DNA from: Ostrea edulis
Lineage: Eukaryota
Direction of reading: 5' to 3'
Length of the DNA stretch: 64,000 nucleotides
NCBI RefSeq assembly: GCF_947568905.1
Contig: NC_079164.1
Coordinates: forward strand, 51,336,001 to 51,400,000
The notes under the pieces were generated by a model. That model was not told where the DNA came from and searched no databases. It worked only from the letters and a program-made list of their open reading frames with translations. Below, in pieces: positions 50,890-64,000 of this stretch. Made by a program: the position numbers and the translations under genes. Numbering within the stretch: position 1 is the stretch's first letter; every line of letters starts with the position of its first letter.

Positions 50890-53800
50890 TCAAATTTGGT
50901 ACATGATCACTCATGGGTGAAGATGATTCAAGTTTGTTCAAATTAAGTTCCCTGCCCCCATCAAAGGGGAGATAATCACAAAAATGCTAAATAGAGTGGG
51001 ATCATTTAAAAATCTTCAGTCTAAAGAACCACCGGGCCAGATAAGTTTACAATTACATGAAAGCTTTCTGACATAGTGCAAATTCAAGTTTGTTCAAATC
51101 ATGGTCCATGGGGGTAGGGTGGGACCACAATAGGGGATCAAAGTTTTGCATGCGAATAAGTAAGGAAATCTTTAAATATGGGCTAAGGTGACTCAGGTGA
51201 GTGATATGGCCCGTGGGCATCTTGTACAAATTTTGTTCCATTGCATGGCATTTCAATATGAAATTCATATAATGTATTAAAATTTGTGTAACTGAGCAAA
51301 TGTCCATTTTGCACGAACTTAACAGTCTTAGGAAACTCTTTCTTTGCCTAGTCACCAGAGGAAGATGAAGAAGATGAAGAGGAGAAATTGGCTGCACAAC
51401 AGGAATGCCTGGATTTGTTTTCTGGTAAAGATTACATCATGGAACCAGGAGTGTTTAGCACACTGAAAAGGTAAGTAGCTTGAGGAAATCTGTGTTATGT
51501 CTGAGTTTATAATATGTTTTAACACTGCAGGGAATAAAAATCACTTCACTAAGCATGAATTTGTTATAAACATGTTTGCTGTAACCGTGTGGTTTTTTTT
51601 TTTTACTGTATTTTGATTTACAACTGAATTTGTGACAACCATCACCTTTGATTAATATTCAAAGCATTTTGTAACTTTAGCCATCAATTCCATTTCGCAT
51701 TCTCATTGGTCAATCCAAGTTGATAGAAGAAACTTGTACATGATTATTTTCTTTAAAATTTTACTTGATTTCTCATAATGCAAAAGTATAGTAAACTTTT
51801 GAATATGACAGATCCAGTTCGAAAATCTTTTCCATTTGCACTCACGTTCTGTGGACATGTTTTTTTTTAATATGTGTATTTTCTTTTTGTATAATAGTAT
51901 GGAAAATTAAACTCCTCAATGACAAGGATATAGAATCTGTATTCATATTATATAGATTATCAGGATAAAGTACCAGTACATGGAAATAGTTATATGTGGA
52001 CATTTAAATTGAAATTAATTTTCCCTCAGATTTTTACAAGCTGGTGGATCCCCAGAAAAAGTGGTGGAGATGTTGTCTGACAACTATACAGCTGTTGCCC
52101 AGACTGTAAACCTTTTAGCCGAGTGGCTCATCCAAGCAGGTATGGCTCAGTACGTCAGTGAATCAGATAGAGGAATATTGTTAATTGGAGATGAATTTTT
52201 AGCAAAATTTTCACTCATTGGAACAGAATATTTGGAGAACTACTGTTGGAGTTTATGATCAGCCGGTTGAATTTTTTAAGAAGGTTTATTTTCAATTACA
52301 AACTATTAACCATACTTGATGCAAACTACACAACCATTTTATGATTTGGATGCTGTATCTGACCTGTGTTTTCTAGAGGAATTATTTGACAGGTGAACAA
52401 TTTTCTAGTAAAAAGTTTTTGTCTCGAAGGAATTTTCACTTATTTGCACTGATCACTGGTATTAAATTGATGATAGTAACGATCATTACTATCATCCCAA
52501 GATGGCGGAAGGAAATTCCGGAAAGACCACGTTTACTTATATCTATTTGTATTGTTTATTTGCGAATGATATGTAGGTAAGAAATATCATACACTAGCAA
52601 CAATTACGATCAGGTGTTATTTTATCTTTTATATGGCTCATATGAACAGAAAATTCGTCGTTGAAAAAACAGCGAGGATGATAGTAACGAAAGTTCTTAC
52701 GTTACTATCATCATTCCTTCTGTTACTATCATCCTCGCTGTTTTTTCAACGACGAATTTTCTGTTCATATGAGCCATATAAAAGATAAAATAACACCTGA
52801 TCGTAATTGTTGCTAGTGTATGATATTTCTTACCTACAGTACATATCATTCGCAAATAAAATATAATAAGTAAACGTGGTCTTTCCGGAATTTCTTATTT
52901 TTGTTTGAATGAATACCTGGTTGAATAGGTAGGAGTAATAATAATGAACAATATTTGCTATGTGCAGGTGTGGATATTAAAATTGTTCAAGAGATGGTAG
53001 AAAATCATTTAAAGTCCATGATTATGAAACACTTTGATCCAAAGAAGGCTGATTCCATTTTTACTGATGAGGGGGAGGTAAGAAAAACAGACTATTGTGA
53101 ATTAATGTCTTTTTTTATCAGCTGAGCTTAAACAGGGTATGTAAATGATTTAACTTTTGTTTCATAGGATGTAAACTTGTGTATCAATGATGTAAACTGG
53201 TTTCAGCAATTTTGTTGTTCTTGTGGTTAGGATGAAGTAATCAACAAAGTACTGAGTTTTTTGAAAAGGAGTGTTAGCTGTATATAAGGCAATGAAAACT
53301 ATTTAAATCTGAACCATTGTTAAATTTCTGGAGTATGTGAATATATATGGAATAAAGAAAAATAAACCTCAGAGTGAAGAAAAATGCTTTGGTTAAATTC
53401 TGTGAAAATGATGAAAATATCTCTACAATGAATAAACAAAGAAAACTTTACGGCAAAATGACAACACAAGGTTGCAGACTGTATGAATTCTAATATTACT
53501 TAATTGTTCCTCATGGCAAGTCAATTGACAAATGTGACTTTGGCAAATACTGCTTCTTTAAGATGAAAGAATAAAGGGTAGCTGTACATTAATTCATGAG
53601 TCAACAAAGTTGTAATCACTCATAAAACCATGTATTTTGATGCCCACAAAAATTAATGAAAGCACAGTGGGTTGTATTTGAGGGAATGTAACAGTACAGT
53701 GTTTAACATGTGCAGACGCCCTCCTGGCTGGCTGAAATGATTGAGTTTCCGACGTGGAGAGAACTGTTCTATAAGCTGGCAGAGGAGTATCCAGACTGCC

Positions 53801-56800
53801 TAATGCTTAACTTCACAGTGAAGGTGACAATTTTTATTACTTGGAATGTTAAAGCTATAGAGTAACTGTGGCTATACTGAGCTGAACATGATCCATGCAG
53901 AATAAACTATCAGAGCAAATTATACCAGAACTAGAATATCCCTGTAATCTATAGATTGAATGAATTTGTTTGGAATGATATTTCTCTTTTTTTTTCTGCA
54001 GTTAATATCTGATGCTGGCTACCAAGGGGAGATTACCTCTGTCTCCACAGCTTGCCACCAGCTTGAGGTTTTCTCTCGGGTTCTTCGAACATCAATCACA
54101 GGAATGCTAGAGGGAGGAGAGGAGACTGTCACTAAAAACCTCCCAGAATTCACAGTATGTACGATTTCCTGTAATATTTGTGTGTTATGATACAACGTAC
54201 TTGTGCTTTCTGTTTCTAGCGAGAACTGAGGATTCTGGTATCTCTAGAATTTCAGACTCTGGAGAGTTTTGCAGATTAGTTTAGATAGTATGACTGAAGA
54301 TAACTATTTATTAATTTCTCTCAGGAATTGTATGCAAAAACTGGAGATGCTACTGTAGTCAATAGTAACATAATAGATCTGTATTTATTCAGAAAGAAGC
54401 CGTACTTTGATACCTCATTCTGCTTAGCTTTCAAAACTGAAGTTTTAACAATGTATTGTATTATACTCTTCAGAAAATGGTTTGTCATGGTGAACACACC
54501 TATCTATACAGCCAGGTGCTGATGCACATTCTGGCCCAGGAGACCAAGGGTGGATCTAACATTAGGCGGTTGTGTCAGGAATTACAGAAAAGTGCCCAAG
54601 CCAGGTCAGAGGAACTTCAGCAGCTTGTTGTTTTCTGAATGAGTACATGTACATGAATTTCCTCAGCTCAATTCATCATCCAATCAGCAGCTTATTTGTT
54701 TTCTGAATGAGTACATGAATTTCCTAAGCTCAATTCATCATCCAATCAGCAGCTTATTGTTTTCTGAATGAGTACATGAATTTCCTCAGCTAAATTAATC
54801 ATTCAATCAGCAGCTTTGTTTTCTAAATGAGTACATGGATTTCCTCAGTTGAATTCATCATCCAATCAGCAGTACAAATACATACTGTGTGTGTCCTTAT
54901 CTTAGCAGGAGTCTTGTTTTGATGCAATAATTTATGATCAGCACCAAAATTAGATATGGATGGACATTTTACAGAGAACCTGATAGCATTAATTTATGAT
55001 CAGTATAAAGATATATATCGGTATTATTGTACAAAGAGACACTGATAGCACTGATTTACGATAAACCTGTAATATACACAAAAACACTAAAATAGGACTT
55101 AAAATATTTTGAAAAAATACAGTGCTATAATCATAACATGGTGGGCATACAAATGGAATAGAGTTTAATATTCAGTTTGTATGCCCACCACAGTATTATA
55201 GCAATTTTGCTGAATACTGAATGCAAGAACTCATACAGTAGTAATTTATATTATTTGAAAAAATCATGTATATTAATAGCCAAATTATTTTGATATGGAG
55301 GGTTTAACTACCAAATTATTTTCTGACAGGGAGATGGATGTGACCCCTATAACCCTGGCCCTTAGTGGGGCTGCAGCTTACCCTCGTGCATGCCAGGCTC
55401 TGTCCTCAATGTTGTCTAGGAATGCTCTCAATCCAGCAGATATCACCATTGTAAGTTATTTTCATGGATATCAGAGCAAATCATATTGTCAAATTATTGT
55501 TTTGCTGCTGGTCATGGTACAGTGGACATAAAAATGAATTTAAATCTTCCATTAGAGTATTAACTTTTTATCTACAAAATACCCATAAACCACAAAAATT
55601 GGGTTTCACATATACAACAGTCATAAATACAACATTGAATTTGAATGATGTATTGATAAAAATATTCGATATTTATCTAAATATGAATGAATGTAATAGG
55701 AAGCTGATTGAGTTCTTTTGTCTATTCCAGTTATACAAAATGTACATGGAAATGAATCCACCCCCTGTCGATCTCATCCGAGTTCCAGCTTTTCTAGGTA
55801 ATTAAAGCATTTGGAATCCTGCCAGTTAATGATAAATCAGATGGCAGTAAAACTTGCTTATAAGGAATTCCTGGGTACACCTACATTTTATTCCTCCAGT
55901 GACATCCTGAGACAGGTTGTTATATACATGTAGTTGTCCAGTGACATCCTGAGACAGGTTGTTATATACATGTAGTTGTCCAGTGACATCCTGAGACAGG
56001 TTGTTATATACATGTAGTTGTCCAGTGACAGGTCGTGGGCCTCTATTAGTTTCCCAAACTTGAGTCATTGATTATTGTTGCCCTGTAGCGTCTTGCTGTA
56101 ATTCCCAGTATAAATATTTCTGTGTTGTAAAGAATGTTTTATCAATTTTAATAAAAAGTTTGGAACCTACATGCATTGTGCAACTTTCAATTTCAGCAAA
56201 CCAAATTTTTTTTAATGCAAATCATCAGTGTAACTGAATATCACAGAATGATGAGAGTAATAGCTGGAACATGCAGCACATAAAAGTTGCTCAATGTACA
56301 TGCTATGCAGGGAAAATTTCTATATTTTGATGAACTTTCTTTTATTATATTTTTAGAGCTTTTAATTGATGCCCTTTTTAAACCTTCATCCAGAGTGAAT
56401 CCTGAACACAAACCTAAGTATGTGTTTGTCCTGTCGTATGCAGCAAGTGTCACTGAAGTGTATAAAAAGGTTAGTTGATGTATGTTCAAAGGTGTTAAAT
56501 GCAGAATGTTATTTCTCAAGGCACTTTGCTGAGTAAAACATTGTCCCATCATTGCTGATGCTATGGGAAAGGACTTGGTCTGTCAATTCTGATACAACTG
56601 TACAAATAGTGCATGTTAACAGAAACCTTGGAAAACATCACATGAGCATAACTAACAATGAAGATACAAACCTGGATATTTTACTGATTCATTCTGTCCA
56701 TTTATTTTGTTGTTGTTTCTGTAAACAGCAAAATCATACAAAGTTCAATTTTTATGAAGTCATTTTACAAAATTTATCTGCAGTCAAAATGTTGGTCTTA

Positions 56801-59440
56801 GTTGTTAGTTTTCTTAATTATGTCAATATTATTATTGCGTTACAGTATATAATAAAACCATATCAAATAACTATTAAAACTCTTATTCTGATTCTACTTT
56901 ACCAACTACACAAGAATTCCTGCCTGTACTTCTGCCCTACAGTAAATGTTTTGTCATGTTGTTGTACCTCTCTCGTAGGGACAAAGGAAGAGTATCAATA
57001 AGGATGAGCTAAAGCCGACAACTCAGGCTTTAGAACGAGTCCAAGCTCTGTGTGCAGAGAACAAAAGCTCATCTGAGCTTATCTCGGACATCAGTACACT
57101 GTTCCTCAATATCAAGTATGCTTTTCATTTTATCAAGAGCGACATATCAATGATATCATAAATGTGTAATTTTTGTTACATTTTTGTCTATTGAATTCAC
57201 AAAATTATTTTCCATAAAAAGTACATGAATGTCTTTTAGCAACAAAGTAATGGTGTGCAAAATATTATAACCGATTGGTATTTTGTGTTTAACTGCCATG
57301 CCTACATAAAACTTGTCTAACTTGGTAGTGACCTTGACCTTTGGTATGCTGAGCTATAGGAACCTAACAACTATAAAAACTTGAAGAAATAAATCATTTA
57401 TGATTATGATTATTAAACATCTGATTGTCGTATCATACAACACTGGGTGACAATATATCATTGGAAAGGACTAAAAAGTCTGCATTACATGTTACACAAA
57501 AAGCACACCATTACTGTACCGTTTCTACTGGAAGTCCTTGTTATGCATCTTGGGTCTGAAGTTTCAGAAATTACGTCTGTTTTTCTTTTTCACCATGCAG
57601 ATTTCATTCTTCACTATATAGTGTGGTATACTGTGATGTGGGGAAGAGGGGTATATTATTTTACAAATATTTCTTCCTTAGTTTTCTTACCATTTAATCA
57701 ACACCTGCCCTAATGGGGCCTTTACCCTTAATAGTTGGGACACTTTCAAACCATAAGATATTTTTATTTCAAATACTGACAAAAGTTTGAATTCTTACTT
57801 TACACCTTTTCAATTTTTTCCAATGCTAAACAAAGCATCATATCAAATTCAAGAACAGATCAAAGATCTTAATTTCATATGTGTTAATATTTCATTTTGA
57901 AAAAAATCAAAATTAAAATTTTGTTATCAGAATTTTCATCTGATTTGAAGCTTTTATAGGAAGGGGACTTGACCCAGTCATGTCTAGATTTAGAATATTT
58001 ACATGCATATCAGAAATATGTTTTTCCTGGTTTTATCATTTGGTTAGCAAATCTGAAGCATATTTTGGGGGAAGGGTTTAATGTTGTTGTAAAACAAGAA
58101 AAGAGAATTTACATTTGATTAAAAGGATAAAATTTGAATTATTTTTAGTTTAGAAATAAGTTTAATGTACTGGTGTCCATAAAGGATTTTTGTTTTGTTT
58201 CATACACTCTTGAATCAATCTGAAAATACTAAGTGCATAGAATTACATGGTATATAACATTTCCACAAACACTAGGGGAAAATCAAACAGCAGTGATAGA
58301 CATGTGTTACACCCCAAATTATCGCCGGCAACGATTTGATATGGATGACGATTTGGGGTTTCTTATGTAACACCCCAATTTGTCGCCCATCCTAAATCGT
58401 CGCCGGTGACAATTTAGGCATAACCTCACATCCCAAATTGTCGTCCCCCTTGCTGCAAGTATTTGGAAGCATCATTTACATACAAACTGGCCCTGTTTGT
58501 TAACTCCTTCTCCCCACCTCCTCTTTATTCTTCTGTGGTCCAGCTGTAACCGCAAAAGGTTCTCTGGACCTAATAAGCAAGACATTTTAATCTTCTACTT
58601 CGTCTTTTACGTGTTCTGTTGTATAATTTTTAAAAAGATTTATCATGATCACAGTATTTGTTATTGTTGTTTTGGTTGGTAGTGGTGTTGTTACTATTGA
58701 AAGAGTTGTATTTGTTGTTGTTGTTTTGGTTGGTAGTGGTGTTGTTACTATTGAAAGAGTTGTATTTGTTGTTGTTGTTTTGGTTGGTAGTGGTGTTGTT
58801 ACTATTGAAAGAGTTGTATTTGTTGTTGTTGTTTTGGCTGGTAGTGGTGTTGTTACTATTGAAAGAGTTGTATTTGTTGTTGTTGTTTTAGTTGGTAGTG
58901 GTGTTGTTACTATTGAAAGAGTTGTATTTGTTGTTGTTGTTTTGGTTGGTAGTGGTGTTGTTACTATTGAAAGAGTTGTATTTGTTGTTGTTGTTTTGGT
59001 TGGTAGTGGTGTTGTTACTATTGAAAGAGTTGTATTTGTTGTTGTTGTTTTGGTTGGTAGTGGTGTTGTTACTATTGAAAGAGTTGTATTTGTTGTTGTT
59101 GTTTTAGTTGGTAGTGGTGTTGTTACTATTGAAAGAGTTGTATTTGTTGTTGGTGGTATCGTTGTCTATATGGCTGTTTTTCGTTCAGCCCTCCAGAGAG
59201 AGAGAAAGAGAGAGAGAGAGGTCCAACATTAAATCATTTTGCCTTTTGTTGTAGCGTCATTCTGTTGATCATGGGATTGTTAGGTCTTGTGCACTGCAGA
59301 TTTGTTGGTGACTTCAGATTATATTAGATTACGCCTGTTAGCAGCCATTTGAACACTCTCCCACCATTTGGACACTCGTGAAAACCTCGAGAAACACCCA
59401 TCCTTCCTCTTTATTTTTCAATATTTTGTTTAAGTCATTG

Positions 59441-59472
<32 letters not shown>

Positions 59473-62400
59473 ATGAAATGAAACCCATGTGTTAGTCCCA
59501 TATAACCTACATACAAAATTTCAGCTCAATCGGTTCGCAAACACCATAGTGACAGTTGAAAATACTTCACTATGACAGCTCTTGGTGCTTTGAGCTCGCG
59601 ATCAAGAGATTTCATGTTACGGGAAGCACATGCCAGAAACACATGTAACCCACATATCGGTTCACAAACACCAGAGATATTAAACACCAGAGATATTGCA
59701 GAGTTGTTGAAAATTGTGCACAGTTCGCAGCGCTTTAAACTTATTCCAGAATTCTCATTTTTGGGGAGGCATGTCAGAGGGTCACTTGTAATCTACATAC
59801 AAATTTCAGCCCAATAGCTTGAATAAGTCGACAAACACCAGAGATATGAGTGCGGACAAACAAACAGAACAAATGAAACCTATGTACCCCCCTTCCCCCA
59901 TTTAAGAAGGGGTACAATAAAATAACTTCTGTGTAATCTATCCTAAAAACGTCAATAAAATATTGATGGGCGACGATTTAGGACGGGCAACAATTTGGGG
60001 TGTACTATAGTACATCCCAAATTGTCGCCCCTAATGATAGTGTGCTAGGGCGACGATTTTGGGATGCCGGGTGACGATTTGGGGTGAAATGTCATCCCAA
60101 ATCATCACCGGCAACAATTTGGGATGGGGCGACGATTTAGAGTGTAACATACATGCATGATTAATCTAGTGTATCCCCCTAACTTGGTTTGCATGAGGGC
60201 ATACCATGAAATTTGGTGACTGTAGATCATGCCGAGAAACTGAATAATGTTTAAAATCATATGTATATCCTAAAAAGATAACTTAAACCACTACTGTGCT
60301 TTGAATTTAACAGATTTCCTGTGATTGCCTATGGAGTCTTACGTTGGGTGGATTACACTGTGTCAGATGCTAGTTATTTCAAACTCAACACAGACCACAC
60401 ACCATTACACCTTGTTCTTATCGATGAAGTGAGTGATATACAGATTTTATTTTTTATTATTTACCACGATTTTTTCTTTTTACTTTCATTCCCAATGGTG
60501 ACTCGATCAGACCACAGAAGGATTTCAAGTATTACATAGGAACATATAGGACAATTCTTTAAAAATCTTCTGAGGAAGAACCACAAGAGCAAATTAAAAA
60601 GAAAATGATATGCAAGCATCATTATTTAGCATGGATCAGGTTCGGAGTTCTGGGTTCAACATAAAAATGAGATTGTACTTGAAAATTCCTTGAAAATCAA
60701 TTTCTCAAGAATCACAAGGGTTCAATGTGTCAAACTAAAATGCAAGAATCCTTCTGTAGTGTAGATTCAACACTATACTCTGCATGATTACAGGGATGGG
60801 GGGGGGGGGGTTGCTAATATTTTTATGGGGAGGAAAATGTAACTTTTCAGGTGAGCGATGTGACCCATTGACGCCTTGTTTGGTTATAAGAATAAATGAA
60901 ATGAAATAAGATGAAAATAAAATGTAATGAAAATAAAAACAAACTTGGAGTCTCCTTTGGCTCCACTGATAAGGAACTAAAAATACATATACATGACAAC
61001 ATAGAATAAAAGTGTCACTGCTGAACCTTTTGTAGGGTGAAGTTCAGTTGTTTAATTTCATCCTGCTGATGAAGTTACAGTTTTTGGAACATAATAAAGT
61101 ACATATGTATGTATTGGGACTTGGTCCCATTCCCAAATACTTAATCTTCCTCACACTGGGCTGCACGTAAGGTCTCAAACAGTATGCTCTATTTTGTGAC
61201 CATCTATTACTTGACTCCCAACTCTGTCCTTCTGCTGCAGTATAGGCTTAATATGGATCAAACTGCATGAAGTCGTATTTATGGATTTTAGTAATCTTGC
61301 TTACTGTAGATGTTGGGCGTTGTGTATATATTCCAGATAATTGACCAAGTTAAAATTTCTAGGTTAAGTTTTAGGACTTGGTCACAGTTTAGACTCTACA
61401 TGTACCTAACTTGCAGGGATGCTAACTACCATGCTTGCCTCAGTTGCTGAGTGCAACTTAAAGTTCAAGTAAGCTTTTCTGTTCACTTTTTGTCCAGCGT
61501 CTGTCCATTAACTTTTAAAATTTAAAAAAAAAATTTCAGAGCCAATGGGCTACTTCCATTAAAGGATCCTTAGGTGAAGGGGATTCAATTTTGTTCAAAG
61601 GAAAAGCCATGCCCTCTTTTATTGCAGATAATTAAGAAATAATGAAAAAATAGTGGGGTCAAAAAGGATGAAACTTATTTTGAAACCATCCTCAGTTAGT
61701 TCCCATTTTTATATTTTTCTAATCGTGGCTCCCAGGGGGTAGGGTGGGGCCATAATGGAGGATCAAAGTTTGACAGGGGAATATATAGGGTAAACGTTTA
61801 AAAGTTTTATTAAGAACAGCAAGGGTATGGTTAGTCAGATTCATATGCAAGCATCCTTAGGTAGTGCACAAATCTTCAAGTATTAAAGTGTGAAATGTAA
61901 ATATTTTACAGATTGTCACAAACCATGTTCTCCTTCACCAAAAAGCTTTAGATCTCTTCATTAGAGTGTTTGAATCTTCATTTGAGGAGCTAGAAGTTCT
62001 CTTTAGGGTAAGTTCTAGTGTGGGTGAAGCAAGCTCAGTGACAACACCAAATTCGATTTATAAAACTATTAACTCCAATCAAGCTCAGTATTACACTGGT
62101 AATCTTGCTTCACGTTCATGTAAATATCAATAAAATCCTGTCTCACTCGTGAAATAAATTCTAAATCCAACATTGACTCTCCTCTATTTACGTACCTATC
62201 TACTGGTTGTGAGAACGATAGCTGGTTTATAGTTGCTGTTGAGGACAAAAACTTGCTATTATTTGCATAGCCAGTAAATCCCTTAGTGGGTATTTTATCA
62301 TACTGAACCTGAATTAAACTACCAAAAAAAAAAAAAAAAAATGAAATTGATACAGGAGGCAACATGAATTTCAAATGATGTCACAAATTAATAGCCTGTT

Positions 62401-63965
62401 GTTTGTTTTGTTTTTAAGTATTTTTCAAGACTAATGGTATTCACCTAACAGGAAAATATTCTTGAAACTATTTATATGCACATGAAGCAGCTGATTTGTT
62501 TGCAAAAACATTTATATAAACAGAAAATCTTCAGAGGTATGATATAGAACATGTTACATGTATATGCAGCTGGAGCTGAAGAAGGCAGTGCTTGACCGAA
62601 TGGTCCACCTGTTTAGCCGAGGCTTTGTCATTCCTGTCGTGACCTACATCAAGAACTGTCTCGACAAACAGGACACAGATATTTCACTCATTAGACATTT
62701 TGTTACTGAGGTAAGAACCCTGCAATAATCCTTTAATATTATGCCTCCACCACAAAAGGAACATTGTGATACAGATACATTATAAGAATACCCGGCTCAG
62801 TTGCCATTATGACCCCCGTCAGATAAATTTTGGCAGAGTAATTTCCCTTGGATTTAGAAAATTTTAAACAAGTAACAGTTTCTGCTCATTATATAAGTCA
62901 TACATGAACATTTTGAATTGAATTATGGGATATAGATACATTTTTGAAAATATGCAGGTCAAATTCATATTTGATTCCAGTCCAATAATTTTTGGAAGAG
63001 TTGAACCTCTTGGACTTTGAAGAATTAAAACATATCACAGTTTCCAATCATCATCTCAGTCATACATGGACATGTTGAATTGAAATTTGGGATATAGATA
63101 TATCATGAGAATAAGCAGGTTAAGAACTTATTTGGTTCCAGTCAGATATATTTTGGCAGAGTTATGACCCTTAGGCAGAGGCATTCATGTCACTTCAACA
63201 CATCTAGTTTTCATCCATCTATTGGTCCAGGACCTTTTGCCCCAATACAGAAGTCCCACAAAACTTTATAGTTAGTTTCAGGCTTTTTTTAAACTCTTTA
63301 AGTTTATTTCTGCAATATATTGTGGAATCTTTTTCTCCCATTGTACAATCTTTCAGTTCATTACTCTTTCAAATAATATTTAGATTCTAAAATGTGTCCA
63401 AGGACTATGTTTCAATCAGCAAATGTTTTTTATTTGAATATTTAAATAAAATCAACATTTATTGTGCATGTAAAATTCACAGCAGTATTAACAGTGAAAC
63501 AAAACTTTCAAGCAGAGTTAAAGCTCATAGTAAGAGAACACAATCGTGGATCAAGAATATCAAAACTATACCCCATCTGAGTGTTTTAACACACAGCAGT
63601 ATAAATGGGAGAAAGCTATTTCTATAATAGTGAGATGAGAAATGACATCCCTGTGTACTTTTAGGTTCTGGACATTATTGCCCCACCCTATACCCCTGAG
63701 TTTGGCCAGCTGTTTCTACCTCTCATCGAATGCAAGGATATCACAGGCTCACTACGATCAGAGGATGGAAGTGACCCTGTCTCCGAGTTTATATGTATGA
63801 TATATAATATCAATGTGGTTTATTCTGTTTATCTGAAAATAGATTTCTGTTGGCAATATTTTTCAGAGTAAAGTCAGTTCACTGTTAGTTATTGAAATGA
63901 AATCATGTAATGTACTTCTAAATAAAACTATTAAAAATTATTTTTCAGTGCATTGTAAAGTGTGA
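47372..63965 (+). CDS. NELFCD: Negative elongation factor C/D (TH1-like), 572 aa, 16 coding exons
   Basis: Phase-consistent exons: 47372-47422, 51352-51470, 52030-52139, 52968-53077, 53716-53823, 54002-54154, 54474-54604, 55330-55450, 55731-55797, 56357-56469, 56979-57115, 60314-60428, 61912-62007, 62570-62710, 63665-63794, 63949-63965 (1719 nt with TGA). Diagnostic peptides: [84 protein letters not shown]. Confidence 0.96.
47513..48995. mobile_element. Foldback-like element with about 75-85-bp TIRs of TAGCT repeats in NELFCD intron 1
   Basis: TTGATTTAGTTATATAGCTTGATTAAGC... at 47513 is the inverted counterpart of ...GCTTAATAAATCTATATAGCTAAATCAA ending at 48995. Confidence 0.65.
47710..48556. 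mobile_element. hAT-like MITE nested in the foldback element
   Basis: Perfect 15-bp TIRs CAGGGTTGTCACTAG / CTAGTGACAACCCTG. The 8-bp flanks match only 5/8, so the TSD is not confirmed. Confidence 0.65.
52512..52894. repeat. Long near-perfect palindrome (about 175-bp arms) in NELFCD intron 3
   Basis: GAAATTCCGGAAAGACCACGTTTACTTA...AAAAAACAGCGAGGATGATAGTAAC is mirrored by GTTACTATCATCCTCGCTGTTTTTT...TAAGTAAACGTGGTCTTTCCGGAATTTC. Confidence 0.93.
54617..54871 (+). repeat. About 57-bp minisatellite just downstream of the NELFCD exon 7 donor
   Basis: CAGCAGCTT...TTTTCTGAATGAGTACATGAATTTCCTCAGCTCAATTCATCATCCAAT, about 4 copies. Confidence 0.88.
55896..56030 (+). repeat. 42-bp minisatellite
   Basis: CCAGTGACATCCTGAGACAGGTTGTTATATACATGTAGTTGT, 3 copies plus a partial one. 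Confidence 0.92.
58305..60149. mobile_element. Unclassified TIR element (TGTTACAC...GTGTAACA) with AAAT(C/T)GTCGCC subterminal arrays, carrying internal cargo
   Basis: Multiple CCCAAAT(C/T)GTCGCC motifs at 58305-58450 and their complements at 59965-60149. The flanks GACATG/TACATG are a possible 6-bp TSD with one mismatch. Confidence 0.65.
58652..59155 (+). repeat. 54-bp GT-rich minisatellite inside the TIR element
   Basis: Unit GTTGTATTTGTTGTTGTTGTTTTGGTTGGTAGTGGTGTTGTTACTATTGAAAGA, about 9 copies. Confidence 0.96.
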
Positions 63966-64000
63966 AGAAAAATATTCAATGGAACTTGTGAGGATTGTCT

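Noticed and set aside
58645-59232. 195-aa Val-rich ORF and two Leu-rich ORFs on +
   Set aside because: They are translations of a 54-bp GT-rich minisatellite inside a TIR element in a NELFCD intron.

Overview
AT-rich, intron- and repeat-dense eukaryotic genomic DNA. The repeat families resemble those I recall from oysters (Ostreidae); that taxonomic call is an inference. Three spliced protein-coding genes could be rebuilt exon by exon with consistent GT-AG phases. (1) On +, the 3' part of a CUB-CUB-LDLa-TM receptor-like gene (NETO-like architecture) with a long PPxY-containing tail, 214-16604, whose 5' end lies outside the window. (2) On -, a complete 11-coding-exon, 677-aa FG-GAP/beta-propeller membrane protein resembling plant NERD1 (At3g51050), 42988-30326. 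(3) On +, a complete 16-exon, 572-aa NELFCD (TH1-like) gene, 47372-63965. Genes 2 and 3 are head-to-head and probably share a bidirectional promoter near 47.0-47.3 kb; both have short upstream ORFs. Introns and the 16.6-30.3 kb intergenic gap contain many non-autonomous DNA transposons (Harbinger-, Tc1/pogo-, Kolobok-, hAT- and Helentron-like), decayed Tc1 transposase, Crypton tyrosine-recombinase and THAP coding remnants, a CR1-type LINE fragment splitting a SINE, large hairpins and at least ten minisatellites, two of which duplicate splice donors. Most long ORFs in the supplied track (e.g. 13575-14870, 58645-59232) are minisatellite artefacts. I found no convincing wholly new multi-gene system. 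The most notable items are the animal NERD1-like gene and its pairing with NELFCD.
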